Position numbers and translations under genes: made by a program | Sequence record: MZ170040.1 | Length of the DNA stretch: 64,000 nucleotides | Source: Escherichia phage vB_EcoM_FJ1 | Direction: 5' to 3' (one strand) | Shown: positions 1 to 10,547 of the stretch, one piece after another | How positions within the stretch are numbered: position 1 is the first letter of the stretch | Layout: every line of letters starts with the position of its first letter | The notes under the pieces: generated by a model | Seen by the model: only the letters and a program-made list of their open reading frames with translations | Told to the model about the DNA's origin: nothing | Databases searched by the model: none

Positions 1-1
1 A

Positions 2-253
2 TTAGAAAAAATTCTCGATGCAATGAATCCTATTAATTTAACATTACATATGTCATGTTGTAATAAGTATGTAAAAAAATACACTGATATAGTAGATGTG
101 TTTAAGCTATTAGTTAACCCAGATGAAATATTTACTTTTTATCAAATTAATCACACACTCGTAAAAAGTAATTATAGCTTAAATTCAATAATGAAAATGA
201 TTCCTGCTGAGCGCGGATTCGTATTAAAACTGATTGAGAAGGATAAACAATAA
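2..253 (+). CDS. 51: baseplate hub assembly protein gp51, 3' end (gene runs off window start)
   Basis: Frame open to window edge; TAATG stop/start overlap with gp27; position directly upstream of gp27 as in T4. Confidence 0.6.
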   Translation, partial: LEKILDAMNPINLTLHMSCCNKYVKKYTDIVDVFKLLVNPDEIFTFYQINHTLVKSNYSLNSIMKMIPAERGFVLKLIEKDKQ

Positions 254-1428
254 TGAGTATGTTGCAACGCCCAGGATATCCAAATCTCAGCGTTAAATTA
301 TTTGATAGCTACGACGCTTGGAGTAATAATAGATTTGTTGAATTAGCTGCTACTATTACCACATTAACTATGCGGGATTCTCTTTATGGCCGAAATGAAG
401 GAATGCTGCAGTTTTATGATTCTAAAAATATCCATACAAAAATGGATGGAAATGAAATAATTCAGATTTCTGTAGCTAATGCAAACGATATTAATAATGT
501 TAAAACAAGAATTTATGGATGTAAGCATTTTTCAGTGTCAGTAGATTCAAAGGGTGATAACATCATTGCTATTGAATTGGGAACTATTCATTCTATAGAA
601 AATCTTAAATTTGGCAGACCGTTTTTCCCTGATGCAGGTGAATCTATAAAAGAAATGCTTGGCGTCATTTATCAAGACCGCACATTATTAACTCCAGCAA
701 TAAATGCAATAAATGCTTATGTTCCTGATATTCCGTGGACTAGCACATTTGAAAACTATTTGTCGTATGTTAGAGAAGTTGCTCTAGCTGTAGGAAGTGA
801 CAAATTTGTATTTGTGTGGCAAGACATCATGGGAGTTAACATGATGGACTATGATATGATGATAAATCAAGAACCGTATCCAATGATTGTTGGTGAGCCA
901 TCTTTAATAGGTCAATTCATCCAAGAATTAAAATATCCATTAGCATATGATTTCGTTTGGTTGACTAAATCAAATCCTCACAAACGTGACCCAATGAAAA
1001 ACGCTACTATCTATGCGCATTCATTTTTAGATTCTTCATTGCCAATGATTACTACAGGAAAGGGTGAAAACTCTATTGTAGTGTCAAGGTCAGGTGCTTA
1101 TTCTGAAATGACTTATAGGAATGGATATGAAGAAGCTATTCGTCTTCAGACTATGGCGCAATATGATGGCTATGCTAAATGTTCTACTGTCGGTAATTTT
1201 AATTTGACTCCTGGCGTTAAAATTATTTTTAATGATAGTAAAAACCAATTTAAAACAGAATTTTACGTTGATGAAGTTATCCACGAATTATCCAATAATA
1301 ATTCAGTAACTCATCTATATATGTTCACTAATGCAACGAAACTGGAAACAATAGACCCAGTTAAGGTTAAAAATGAATTTAAATCTGATACTACCACTGA
1401 AGAAAGTAGTTCTTCCAATAAGCAATAA
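253..1428 (+). CDS. 27: baseplate hub subunit gp27
   Basis: 391 aa, same length as T4 gp27; synteny 51-27-28-29-48-54. Confidence 0.9.
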   Translation: MSMLQRPGYPNLSVKLFDSYDAWSNNRFVELAATITTLTMRDSLYGRNEGMLQFYDSKNIHTKMDGNEIIQISVANANDINNVKTRIYGCKHFSVSVDSKGDNIIAIELGTIHSIENLKFGRPFFPDAGESIKEMLGVIYQDRTLLTPAINAINAYVPDIPWTSTFENYLSYVREVALAVGSDKFVFVWQDIMGVNMMDYDMMINQEPYPMIVGEPSLIGQFIQELKYPLAYDFVWLTKSNPHKRDPMKNATIYAHSFLDSSLPMITTGKGENSIVVSRSGAYSEMTYRNGYEEAIRLQTMAQYDGYAKCSTVGNFNLTPGVKIIFNDSKNQFKTEFYVDEVIHELSNNNSVTHLYMFTNATKLETIDPVKVKNEFKSDTTTEESSSSNKQ

Positions 1429-1909
1429 AGAAGTTTCTATTCCTAAAATGGGTCTTAAACATTATAACATTTTAAAAGATGTTAAAGGTCCTGATGAAAA
1501 TTTAAAACTTCTTATTGATTCTATTTGTCCGAATTTATCACCGGCAGAAGTTGATTTCGTTTCCATTCATTTATTGGAATTTAATGGAAAGATTAAATCT
1601 CGTAAAGAAATAGATGGTTATACTTATGACATTAATGATGTTTATGTATGCCAAAGATTGGAATTTCAATACCAAGGAAATACATTTTATTTTAGACCGC
1701 CTGGAAAATTTGAACAATTTTTAACTGTGAGCGATATGTTATCCAAATGCTTGCTTAAGGTCAATGATGATGAAGTTAAAGAAATTAATTTTCTTGAGAT
1801 GCCAGCATTCGTTTTAAAATGGGCAAATGATATTTTTACAACTTTAGCAATTCCTGGCCCTAATGGTCCAATAACCGGAATTGGCAATATTATTGGATTA
1901 TTTGAATGA
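1373..1909 (+). CDS. 28: baseplate hub distal subunit gp28
   Basis: 178 aa; ATG at 1373 overlaps 3' end of gene 27; synteny. Confidence 0.85.
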   Translation: MNLNLILPLKKVVLPISNKEVSIPKMGLKHYNILKDVKGPDENLKLLIDSICPNLSPAEVDFVSIHLLEFNGKIKSRKEIDGYTYDINDVYVCQRLEFQYQGNTFYFRPPGKFEQFLTVSDMLSKCLLKVNDDEVKEINFLEMPAFVLKWANDIFTTLAIPGPNGPITGIGNIIGLFE

Positions 1910-3678
1910 AAAAGCCACAAGAAATGCAAACGATGCGTAGAAAAGTTATTTCAGATAATAAACCAACACAGGAAGCGGCTAAATCCGCTTCTAATACTTT
2001 ATCTGGACTTAATGATATATCTACGAAATTGGATGATGCTCAAGCTGCCTCTGAATTAATAGCTCAAACTGTCGAAGAAAAATCGAATGAAATAATTGGA
2101 GCAATTGATAACGTAGAAAGCGCAGTGAGTGATACTACTGCTGGTTCTGAGTTAATTGCTGAAACTGTCGAAATTGGCAACAATATTAATAAAGAAATCG
2201 GTGAATCACTCGGAAGCAAATTAGATAAATTAACGAGTTTATTAGAACAAAAAATTCAGACAGCTGGAATTCAACAGACGGGAACTAGTTTAGCCACGGT
2301 TGAAAGCGCTATTCCTGTTAAAGTCGTTGAGGATGATACTGCCGAATCTGTGGGTCCTTTATTACCAGCTCCCGAAGCAGTTAATAATGATCCTGACGCT
2401 GATTTTTTCCCTACCCCTCAACCAGTTGAACCCAAACAAGAATCACCAGAAGAAAAACAGAAAAAAGAAGCATTTAACTTAAAATTATCTCAAGCTTTAG
2501 ATAAATTAACAAAGACAGTTGATTTTGGATTTAAGAAATCTATTTCAATTACTGATAAAATATCAAGCATGCTATTTAAGTACACCGTCAGTGCTGCTAT
2601 TGAAGCCGCTAAAATGACTGCAATGATATTGGCTGTTGTTGTTGGAATAGACCTGTTGATGGTTCATTTTAAATACTGGTCAGATAAATTTTCAAAAGCC
2701 TGGGATTTATATAGTACTGATTTTACTAAATTCTCTAGCGAAACCGGAACATGGGGTCCTTTATTACAGAGCATCTTTGATTCTATTGATAAAATTAAAC
2801 AACTTTGGGAAGCGGGAGATTGGGGTGGATTGACAACAGCTATCATAGAAGGACTTGGAAGTGTTCTTTTTAATTTAGGAGAGCTTATTCAATTAGGTAT
2901 GGCTAAATTATCTGCAGCAATTCTTCGAGTCATTCCTGGTATGAAAGATACCGCTGATGAAGTAGAAGGAAGAGCGCTGGAAAATTTCCAAAATACTACA
3001 AATGCTTCTCTTAGCAAAGAAGACCAAGAAAAAGTTGCAAATTATCAATATAAAAGAATGAACGGAGACCTTGGTCCAATAGCAAAAGGATTAGACAAAA
3101 TTGCGAACTGGAAAACTCGTGCATCTAACTGGATTCGTGGTGTAGATAATAAAGAAGCACTAACAACTGATGAAGAGAGAGCAGAGGAAGAAGAAAAATT
3201 AAAGCAGCTTTCACCAGAGGAAGCTAAAATTGCTTTAATGAAAGCTAATGAAGCTCGTGCTGCTATGAATCGTTTTGAAAAATATGCTGATTCAGCTGAT
3301 ATGAGTAAAGACTCAACGGTTAAATCTGTTGAATCTGCCTATGAAGACCTTAAAAAACGGATGGATGACCCGGATTTAAACAATTCACCGGCAGTTAAAA
3401 AAGAACTTGCTGCTAGATTTTCTAAAATTGATGCTACTTATCAAGAGCTCAAGAAAAATCAGCCTAATGCCAAACCTGAAACTTCTGCTAAATCGCCAGA
3501 AGCGAAACAGGTCCAGGTTATTGAAAAGAACAAAGCACAGCAAGCTCCTGTTCAGCAAGCATCTCCTTCAATCAATAATACTAATAATGTTATTAAGAAA
3601 AATACTGTCGTTCATAATATGACACCTGTCACAAGCACAACTGCTCCTGGTGTATTTGATGCGACTGGAGTTAATTAA
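1906..3678 (+). CDS. 29: baseplate hub subunit / tail length determinator gp29
   Basis: 590 aa as in T4 gp29; ATGA overlap with gene 28; Ala/Glu/Lys-rich low-complexity middle region. Confidence 0.9.
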   Translation: MKKPQEMQTMRRKVISDNKPTQEAAKSASNTLSGLNDISTKLDDAQAASELIAQTVEEKSNEIIGAIDNVESAVSDTTAGSELIAETVEIGNNINKEIGESLGSKLDKLTSLLEQKIQTAGIQQTGTSLATVESAIPVKVVEDDTAESVGPLLPAPEAVNNDPDADFFPTPQPVEPKQESPEEKQKKEAFNLKLSQALDKLTKTVDFGFKKSISITDKISSMLFKYTVSAAIEAAKMTAMILAVVVGIDLLMVHFKYWSDKFSKAWDLYSTDFTKFSSETGTWGPLLQSIFDSIDKIKQLWEAGDWGGLTTAIIEGLGSVLFNLGELIQLGMAKLSAAILRVIPGMKDTADEVEGRALENFQNTTNASLSKEDQEKVANYQYKRMNGDLGPIAKGLDKIANWKTRASNWIRGVDNKEALTTDEERAEEEEKLKQLSPEEAKIALMKANEARAAMNRFEKYADSADMSKDSTVKSVESAYEDLKKRMDDPDLNNSPAVKKELAARFSKIDATYQELKKNQPNAKPETSAKSPEAKQVQVIEKNKAQQAPVQQASPSINNTNNVIKKNTVVHNMTPVTSTTAPGVFDATGVN

Positions 3679-3686
3679 GGAATAAT

Positions 3687-4781
3687 ATGGCAATTGTTAA
3701 AGAAATAACTACTGATTTAATTAAAAAGTCCGGTGAGAAAATTTCAGCCGGACAGAGCACTAAATCAGAAGTAGTAACTAAAACATATACTGCCCAGTTT
3801 CCAACTGGGCGTGCTAGTGGTAATGACACTACAGGGGACTTCCAGGTAACAGATCTATATAAGAATGGATTATTATTTACTGCATACAATATGTCATCTA
3901 GGGATTCTGGAAGTCTTAGATCGATGAGATCTAACTACTCTTCTGCGTCTTCGGGTATTTTGAGTACAGCTAAAAACACTATTAGTAGTACAGTATCAAA
4001 ACTATCAAATGGATTAATATCAAATAATAATTCAGGAACAATAAGTAAAGCTCCTGTCGCAAACATTCTTTTACCGAGATCTAAATCTGATGTTGACACA
4101 TCATCACATAGATTTAATGATGTTCAAGAAAGCCTTATTAGTAGAGGCGGAGGTACTGCTACTGGTGTGCTAAGTAATATTGCTTCAACCGCAGTATTTG
4201 GGGCACTGGAAAGTATAACACAAGGTATAATGGCTGATAATAATGAGCAGATTTATACGACAGCCAGAAGTATGTACGGTGGCGCTGAAAATAGAACTAA
4301 AGTGTTTACATGGGATTTGACTCCACGTTCAACAGAAGATTTAATGGCTATTATTAATATCTATCAATATTTTAACTATTTTTCTTATGGTGAAACAGGT
4401 AAATCTCAATACACTGCTGAAATAAAGGCGTATTTAGATGATTGGTATCGTTCTACGTTAATTGAACCTTTATCTGCGGAAGACGCAGCTAAAAATAAAA
4501 CACTATTTGAGAAAATGACAGCAAGTTTAACGAACGTTCTAGTAGTTTCAAACCCGACAGTTTGGATGGTGAAAAACTTTGGTGCAACATCTAAGTTTGA
4601 TGGAAAAACGGAAATATTTGGTCCATGCCAAATACAGAGCATTAGATTTGATAAAACACCTAATGGTAACTTTAACGGATTAGCTATTGCTCCAAACCTC
4701 CCTAGTACATTTACTCTCGAGATTACTATGAGAGAAATTATCACGTTAAACCGTGCTTCTTTATATGCGGGGACTTTTTAA
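3687..4781 (+). CDS. 48: baseplate tail-tube junction protein gp48
   Basis: 364 aa as T4 gp48; synteny. Confidence 0.9.
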   Translation: MAIVKEITTDLIKKSGEKISAGQSTKSEVVTKTYTAQFPTGRASGNDTTGDFQVTDLYKNGLLFTAYNMSSRDSGSLRSMRSNYSSASSGILSTAKNTISSTVSKLSNGLISNNNSGTISKAPVANILLPRSKSDVDTSSHRFNDVQESLISRGGGTATGVLSNIASTAVFGALESITQGIMADNNEQIYTTARSMYGGAENRTKVFTWDLTPRSTEDLMAIINIYQYFNYFSYGETGKSQYTAEIKAYLDDWYRSTLIEPLSAEDAAKNKTLFEKMTASLTNVLVVSNPTVWMVKNFGATSKFDGKTEIFGPCQIQSIRFDKTPNGNFNGLAIAPNLPSTFTLEITMREIITLNRASLYAGTF

Positions 4782-5746
4782 TGTATTCTTTAGAGGAATT
4801 TAATAATCAAGCAATAAACGCAGATTTCCAACGTAATAATATGTTTAGCTGCGTTTTTGCAACAACTCCATCAACTAAAAGCTCTTCGTTGATAAGTTCA
4901 ATTAGCAACTTTTCTTATAATAACTTGGGCCTAAATTCAAATTGGTTAGGATTAACTCAAGGTGATATTAATCAGGGAATTACCACGCTAATTACAGCTG
5001 GCACACAAAAACTGATAAGAAAATCAGGGATTAGTAAATATCTTATTGGTGCCATGAGTCAACGTACAGTTCAAAGTTTATTAGGCTCATTTACAGTTGG
5101 TACATATTTAATTGACTTCTTTAACATGGCATATAACTCATCTGGATTGATGATATACTCTGTAAAAATGCCAGAGAATAGATTATCCTATGAAACTGAC
5201 TGGAACTATAATTCTCCTAATATTCGTATAACTGGGAGAGAATTAGACCCTTTGGTTATTTCATTTAGAATGGATTCAGAAGCTTGTAACTATCGTGCAA
5301 TGCAAGACTGGGTTAACGCTGTTCAAGACCCAGTAACTGGACTGCGTGCTTTGCCACAAGATGTCGAGGCAGATATTCAGGTTAATCTTCATTCTCGTAA
5401 TGGATTGCCTCATACTGCGGTGATGTTCACCGGATGCATTCCAGTGTCCGTAAGCGCTCCTGAACTATCATATGATGGAGATAACCAAATAACTACATTT
5501 GATGTTACTTTTGCGTACAGAGTGATGCAGGCTGGAGCAGTTGATAGGCAAGCTGCGCTTGAATGGCTTGAATCTGCTGCTATAAATGGTATTCAAAGCG
5601 TTCTCGGAAATAGTGGAGGTGTTACTGGACTATCTAATTCGCTTTCACGACTCAGTAGATTAGGGGGAACTGCAGGAAGCATTTCAAACATTAATACTAT
5701 GACAGGAATTGTCAATTCGCAAAGTAAAATATTAGGAGCAATATAA
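4781..5746 (+). CDS. 54: baseplate tail-tube initiator gp54
   Basis: 321 aa (T4 gp54 ~320); start overlaps gp48 stop; synteny. Confidence 0.9.
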   Translation: MYSLEEFNNQAINADFQRNNMFSCVFATTPSTKSSSLISSISNFSYNNLGLNSNWLGLTQGDINQGITTLITAGTQKLIRKSGISKYLIGAMSQRTVQSLLGSFTVGTYLIDFFNMAYNSSGLMIYSVKMPENRLSYETDWNYNSPNIRITGRELDPLVISFRMDSEACNYRAMQDWVNAVQDPVTGLRALPQDVEADIQVNLHSRNGLPHTAVMFTGCIPVSVSAPELSYDGDNQITTFDVTFAYRVMQAGAVDRQAALEWLESAAINGIQSVLGNSGGVTGLSNSLSRLSRLGGTAGSISNINTMTGIVNSQSKILGAI

Positions 5747-5750
5747 CAAC

Positions 5751-5768
5751 GGGGACCTTTCGGTCCCC
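5751..5768. terminator. bidirectional hairpin terminator between convergent gene 54 and the minus-strand early block
   Basis: GGGGACC-TTTC-GGTCCCC stem-loop followed by T-rich run; lies between two convergent stop codons. Confidence 0.75.
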
Positions 5769-5774
5769 ATATTT

Positions 5775-6065
5775 TTATTTACGGAATGAAATGAAAGCAG
5801 AAACTGAAGCAACTAAACTGTCTTCAATATAAACTTCAATTTTTACCGGAGCTTCTGACTCAAATTTACCTGTTACTACACCCTGAAAAATACTTTCAGT
5901 CTGTTCTGGCTTTGAAAAATTTTCAGAAGGAAAAATTCCGAACTTTTTATCTGTTCCAAAAATTTTAATAAATTCATCGTAAACCGCTTCGTTAAAAGCA
6001 TTATCAGCAGGAATAACGCCTTCAACTACAAGTTCTTGACCTAAAAAGCGTAAAGAAGATTTCAT
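5775..6065 (-). CDS. hypothetical protein (alt.-x position)
   Basis: 96-aa ORF; GAGGA Shine-Dalgarno and early promoter cassette immediately upstream. Confidence 0.6.
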   Translation of the reverse strand: MKSSLRFLGQELVVEGVIPADNAFNEAVYDEFIKIFGTDKKFGIFPSENFSKPEQTESIFQGVVTGKFESEAPVKIEVYIEDSLVASVSAFISFRK

Positions 6066-6072
6066 TTTGTGT

Positions 6073-6126
6073 TCCTCATGTTATGTCAGTAAGACTACTA
6101 TAACACAACACGAGGGACTTGTAAAC
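6073..6126 (-). promoter_or_regulatory. early promoter/leader cassette (GTTTAC -35, TATAGT -10, GAGGA SD), copy A of a 54-bp perfect repeat
   Basis: 54 nt identical to 20347-20400; minus strand reads GTTTAC-N18-TATAGT...CATAACATGAGGA. Confidence 0.7.
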
Positions 6127-6486
6127 TACATTTTGAACTTTTTAGTACGCGTAATAGGCATGCGTCGATTTTATACTGTTTCATTGTTTGAAGAGCAGTA
6201 TCAAAAACAGCATTAATGACGCCAATTGGATTTCCACCCAAGTTTTTAAGTTTAACTAATGATAGTTTCTCATTAACACCTATCATTACGATATGCATCA
6301 TTTTGTCGCCTGGTTTAACGTTTTATCTGTATCACCGCCAGAGGTGTATGTACAAAATCTAAATCCAGGAAGCACGCTTTCTTCGCCGGCTTGAATAGCA
6401 AAAATTTGTGGTATTTTATGCTTAGGATTTAAGTTAACAACCGGCGCCGAAGCGCCGTCAAATAATTATGTAATAAGTTCCATGAT
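6098..6486 (-). pseudogene. decayed duplicate of the alt 5' region (about 125 codons; stop at codon 6 plus a frameshift)
   Basis: DNA and protein similarity to alt codons 1 to ~125 (compare 6301-6486 with 8400-8583); ATG at 6483 followed by TAA after 5 codons; 67-aa ORF 6098-6301 matches Alt residues ~65-125 in another frame. Confidence 0.7.
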
Positions 6487-8583
6487 TTATCCTTGAACGA
6501 ACTTGTAAGGCATGTTTGCAATATCTATGCAAGACGCAATAATTCCAAGAGATGATTCTACTTTCTGTTTAACATTTGATGAAACAAATGATGCAAAGTC
6601 AACTCTGTCTTCTATTTCAATATCACCTGTCATTGCAACCAATTCACCAGTTTCCATTAAATGGTCTCCATCATAGATTACCGATTCGGTGAGCTCTTCC
6701 GTGGTCATAACTTCAGCTTGAATGAGTTTTGTATTATTAGATGTTGTTCCGTCATTATTAGAAGCATCAGTTATTTTATTAACTTTGACCATCAATCCAC
6801 GCGGTAGAATAACTTCAGCTTCTGTTGCTATTCCGAGACTTCCTGGATATACAACATTAACTTTATGAGCTCCATCAATTGCCCATCCTATTTGAACTTT
6901 AACGTATTCAGGATTTTCTTTATACGCTCTTATTTCGTTTGGATTAATAGTTATTCCTTCTTCATTTTTATCAACTGTTAATTCATTGCGAGCTTCTGGT
7001 TCTAAAAGACCAATACCAGCATGTGTAATTCCAAAACGTCCAAAAATGATAGGAGTTAAAGAAGTAGATACAAAATTTCTGAAATAGAATACTTTATTTT
7101 TAACTAGTGCTTCGTATATAGGAGCAGTCATACTTTGAGCACGATAAACTGTAATGCCTTCTGGTATACGATCACCATTTTCAAAAGCAGAATCTAAATT
7201 AGTTATAGCAGCTTCAATTTCTTTTTCACTCATTACTTCATAACGTTCTGGATCATAACGACCCAAAAGAAGATTATTGATGTCAGTATATCCTGAACCG
7301 CAATACTCTCTAATGCCACGCTTTTGTGATGGAGTATATTTAGAACCATCACGGGCAATAGTAATATCAATCATTGGACCTGCACCAATTCCAGAGAAAC
7401 TATAAATCATTCTTTTGAGGAATTTAGTTTTTGTCGCGTTCCAGGAATTTTTAGTTATTTCTTCCCAGACTTCATCTGGCTGTCCTTTACGGGTTTTATT
7501 ATGTTTATCAAGCCAAGTATCTTTATATTCTTCAAATAATTGATTAACAGCTGCTGCGTATTTCTCTAAACATTTTATTGAAGTAGTCGGTTCATTTTTA
7601 ATCGCATTAAGAATTACATCTTTAATTTTTTCAGAAACTTCATTAACCTCACTTTTTGAAAAGAATTTATAGTCATAATGAAGTTCATCTGCAGTTCCTT
7701 CGGCAATGATTTTTGCTGCCTTAGTTTTAGAAGCTAATGAATTAATTCCAATTTTCATTTCTTCTGCTTCGGGAATTAAAGGTGCAGTAGCTGGTTTATT
7801 AAAATTAGCTGCTGTAGATTCATACTTCTGGAATAATTCACTTTCAAATCTAGAAGACTCTAATGATTGACTTTGTGCAATTGCTCTACGGGAAATTTTA
7901 ACTTTAACGATTACAGCTTGATCAGAACGTTTATCATTTTCTTGTGCAATAGATGCTGCAATTGCCTCATTTTTAGTTACTTGAGCTCCGGTATCTTTAT
8001 TGATATAAACATCACCGACCTTCGATTCAACTTTAGTAAAGAGCTCGGTACTAATTTCCGGAACTCCTGGAATGTCTTCTAGTGATACATTTTTGCGATG
8101 TATAAGAATATATGCATACTTTTTATCATAATCCCAGAGTTCCTTAAGAAGGACGTATCTGCCACCTGAACGACTACGGATAAGTCTATCAACAATAACT
8201 TGAATTTGTCGAGCTTGACCAGCAGTTTTAGACTTAAGAATACGGAGCATACAGGCATCAATTTTATACTGACGCATTGTTTGCATTGCAACAGTAAAAA
8301 CCGAATTGATATAATTAATTGGGCTTGGACCAAGACCTTTCAATTTAGCAATTGAACCTTTAGCGGTTAATGTAAAAGGAACAATATGCATCATTTTATC
8401 GCCCATCTTTAAATCACGATTAGTATCACCTCCAGATGTATAGGTACATAAACGAAAGCCTGGTTGTTCAATTGCATCATCAACATGAACTGAAAAAATT
8501 TGTGGTATTTTCTTCTTTGGATTTAAGTTTGTAATCGGAAGAGTAGTATCTTCGTCAAATAATTCTGTAATTAGTTCCATCAT
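6487..8583 (-). CDS. alt: Alt ADP-ribosyltransferase (virion-packaged)
   Basis: 698 aa (T4 Alt 682); position between gene 54 and gene 30; late promoter upstream. Confidence 0.85.
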   Translation of the reverse strand: MMELITELFDEDTTLPITNLNPKKKIPQIFSVHVDDAIEQPGFRLCTYTSGGDTNRDLKMGDKMMHIVPFTLTAKGSIAKLKGLGPSPINYINSVFTVAMQTMRQYKIDACMLRILKSKTAGQARQIQVIVDRLIRSRSGGRYVLLKELWDYDKKYAYILIHRKNVSLEDIPGVPEISTELFTKVESKVGDVYINKDTGAQVTKNEAIAASIAQENDKRSDQAVIVKVKISRRAIAQSQSLESSRFESELFQKYESTAANFNKPATAPLIPEAEEMKIGINSLASKTKAAKIIAEGTADELHYDYKFFSKSEVNEVSEKIKDVILNAIKNEPTTSIKCLEKYAAAVNQLFEEYKDTWLDKHNKTRKGQPDEVWEEITKNSWNATKTKFLKRMIYSFSGIGAGPMIDITIARDGSKYTPSQKRGIREYCGSGYTDINNLLLGRYDPERYEVMSEKEIEAAITNLDSAFENGDRIPEGITVYRAQSMTAPIYEALVKNKVFYFRNFVSTSLTPIIFGRFGITHAGIGLLEPEARNELTVDKNEEGITINPNEIRAYKENPEYVKVQIGWAIDGAHKVNVVYPGSLGIATEAEVILPRGLMVKVNKITDASNNDGTTSNNTKLIQAEVMTTEELTESVIYDGDHLMETGELVAMTGDIEIEDRVDFASFVSSNVKQKVESSLGIIASCIDIANMPYKFVQG

Positions 8584-8603
8584 ATCCTCTCTAGTGTTTA
8601 TTC

Positions 8604-8611
8604 TATTTATA
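8604..8611 (-). promoter_or_regulatory. late promoter TATAAATA upstream of alt
   Basis: Minus-strand TATAAATA about 20 nt upstream of alt ATG, followed by AGAGAGGA SD. Confidence 0.6.
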
Positions 8612-8632
8612 AAATTAAAGGCCCGAAGGCCT

Positions 8633-8821
8633 TTAGTAATCTAGTGGTAAGAGAGTACGATATATTTCAAACTTTGGTCCTTTTTCATAGGCATCAAATG
8701 TTTCTGTAAATTTATTATAAGCGTATGCATCTACAAATTCGAGAATGACTTGTGATACAGAAGTAGAAACATCTCCACCTTCTTTTTGAGCAATGACAAT
8801 TGTTTCTAAGTAAGCTTTCAT
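8633..8821 (-). CDS. hypothetical small protein
   Basis: 62-aa ORF; ATGA start/stop overlap with gene 30; hairpin AAAGGCCCGAAGGCCTTT at its 3' end. Confidence 0.55.
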   Translation of the reverse strand: MKAYLETIVIAQKEGGDVSTSVSQVILEFVDAYAYNKFTETFDAYEKGPKFEIYRTLLPLDY

Positions 8822-10281
8822 AGACCAGTTACCTCATGAAAATCACCAAATACATCCTCGAATGTATTAGCTTTAGTTTTATCTTCACGTAAACGAATCG
8901 CAATCGGAAGAAATAATTTAACGTAATCAGTGCGGCCATCAGATTTTAACCAACCGTTGCATTCGCACTCTAGAATTTTTCCAATATAATAATTTTGGTT
9001 TTCCATAATGCGAGTACGGTCAAGTTCATGTGATTTTACACCGGCTTTATCTTTTAAGCCTGAACCAGCATTTACCTTAATTTTTCCACACTCTGACTCA
9101 AGAATAAATCCACCCGCTTTAGTAGGGTCTTTACGGTGAGGATAAATTCCTACAATTTTTAAATCAACATCAATTACTTCTTTAAATTTATAGAGATTTT
9201 TTGAACGAGCATTTTCCCATAATCCATCGATATTTTTGAGAATAATACCTTCAAGACCTTGGTCAATATACTTTTTATAAATTACCTTAGCTTCATCTAG
9301 GTTATTTACTACCTGGTTTTCAATTAAAATTACTTTATCATAGCCTGATGTCATTTGTTCTAGTTTAGAAAAACGTACATCATATTTCAAACGAAATGCA
9401 GGAAGACCGTATATTTCTACCAATGGAACATAATCCCAGACCTGAAACTTCATGCATTGAGCTTCTTTTTCAGAAATGGTTCCCTTTAAAGATTTATTAG
9501 CGATTCCATTAGAAGTAGTACGTGATTCAGCTACTTCGGCGAATTCTTTGGCTTTACTGTTTTCAGGATGAGCATCAAAAAGAAAATCTAGGTCTTCTGG
9601 CTCCTTTTTAACTTGCTCATGGTATACCAATTCGCCATCAATTAACACGCCTTCTGGATGAATCTGGCGGGCTTCAGCGGTCATTTTGATTAATTCTTCC
9701 TTAAGAAGATCTAATCCTAGATATTCATTACCGGCTCGTGATAAAAGACGAACATCATCTAATTCATCACCTCTGACTTCGGCAAAGCACCGAGCCCCAT
9801 CAGCTTTTAACTGGGCAAAGGCTGGAAATTTGATATTCTTATTAATGCCTTTTTCATCATAAGAACTTGCCAGCATTTGAGGTTGTTCAGGAATTAAACC
9901 TGGCCAAACTTTGTTTGCAATAGATACTGAAGCACCACATTCAAGGTCTCGCATCATCACTCGACGCAAAACTTCAACATCATCTTTTTTACCATCGGTG
10001 ATATATCCAGTTAATTCCTCAATTGCCGCATTTCCAGTCAATTTCCGAGTAGCTAACGTGAATTCAATGAAGTCAAGCATATCGGTAAGAGTCAACATTC
10101 CAAAACTCTGGGTAGCAATACCAGGTTTAGGCCATTTCTTGATATAATACTGTAACCCACGAGAATAAGTCAGACGATATACTCGTTTAAGCAATTCATT
10201 ATCTTTATTCTTTTCAAGAATTGCTTGCTTCTGCTTAGTTGAACCAATAGATGCTATTTCGTTCAGAATTTTAAGAATCAT
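8818..10281 (-). CDS. 30: ATP-dependent DNA ligase gp30
   Basis: 487 aa as T4 ligase; KADGAR adenylation motif. Confidence 0.95.
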   Translation of the reverse strand: MILKILNEIASIGSTKQKQAILEKNKDNELLKRVYRLTYSRGLQYYIKKWPKPGIATQSFGMLTLTDMLDFIEFTLATRKLTGNAAIEELTGYITDGKKDDVEVLRRVMMRDLECGASVSIANKVWPGLIPEQPQMLASSYDEKGINKNIKFPAFAQLKADGARCFAEVRGDELDDVRLLSRAGNEYLGLDLLKEELIKMTAEARQIHPEGVLIDGELVYHEQVKKEPEDLDFLFDAHPENSKAKEFAEVAESRTTSNGIANKSLKGTISEKEAQCMKFQVWDYVPLVEIYGLPAFRLKYDVRFSKLEQMTSGYDKVILIENQVVNNLDEAKVIYKKYIDQGLEGIILKNIDGLWENARSKNLYKFKEVIDVDLKIVGIYPHRKDPTKAGGFILESECGKIKVNAGSGLKDKAGVKSHELDRTRIMENQNYYIGKILECECNGWLKSDGRTDYVKLFLPIAIRLREDKTKANTFEDVFGDFHEVTGL

Positions 10282-10547
10282 TGTTCATCCTTCAGAGTTT
10301 GGTTTACAGCTCTATTATAAATCAATTCATCATTAAGCTCAGTCAAAGACTTATGATATGTGGTTCTAACTTTATTTCCTTGCATCCAGTGCTTGATATA
10401 AATGAAACCTTGCTCTACGCATTTTTTAAAAATTCGTTCGTCTTTTTGAGCTCGGAATTCTGGATTGCATCTAAAAAATTGATTTACGTGACCGTAATCA
10501 CGTGTAGTATTACCTTCATTTTCATAAATAGTGTGAACAACAAACAT
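10278..10547 (-). CDS. hypothetical protein (30.1 position)
   Basis: 89-aa ORF; ATGA overlap with gene 30. Confidence 0.7.
   Translation of the reverse strand: MFVVHTIYENEGNTTRDYGHVNQFFRCNPEFRAQKDERIFKKCVEQGFIYIKHWMQGNKVRTTYHKSLTELNDELIYNRAVNQTLKDEQ

Noticed and set aside
23-253. ORF 23-253 as a complete 76-aa gene
   Set aside because: The frame is open upstream to the window edge; it is more likely the 3' end of gene 51
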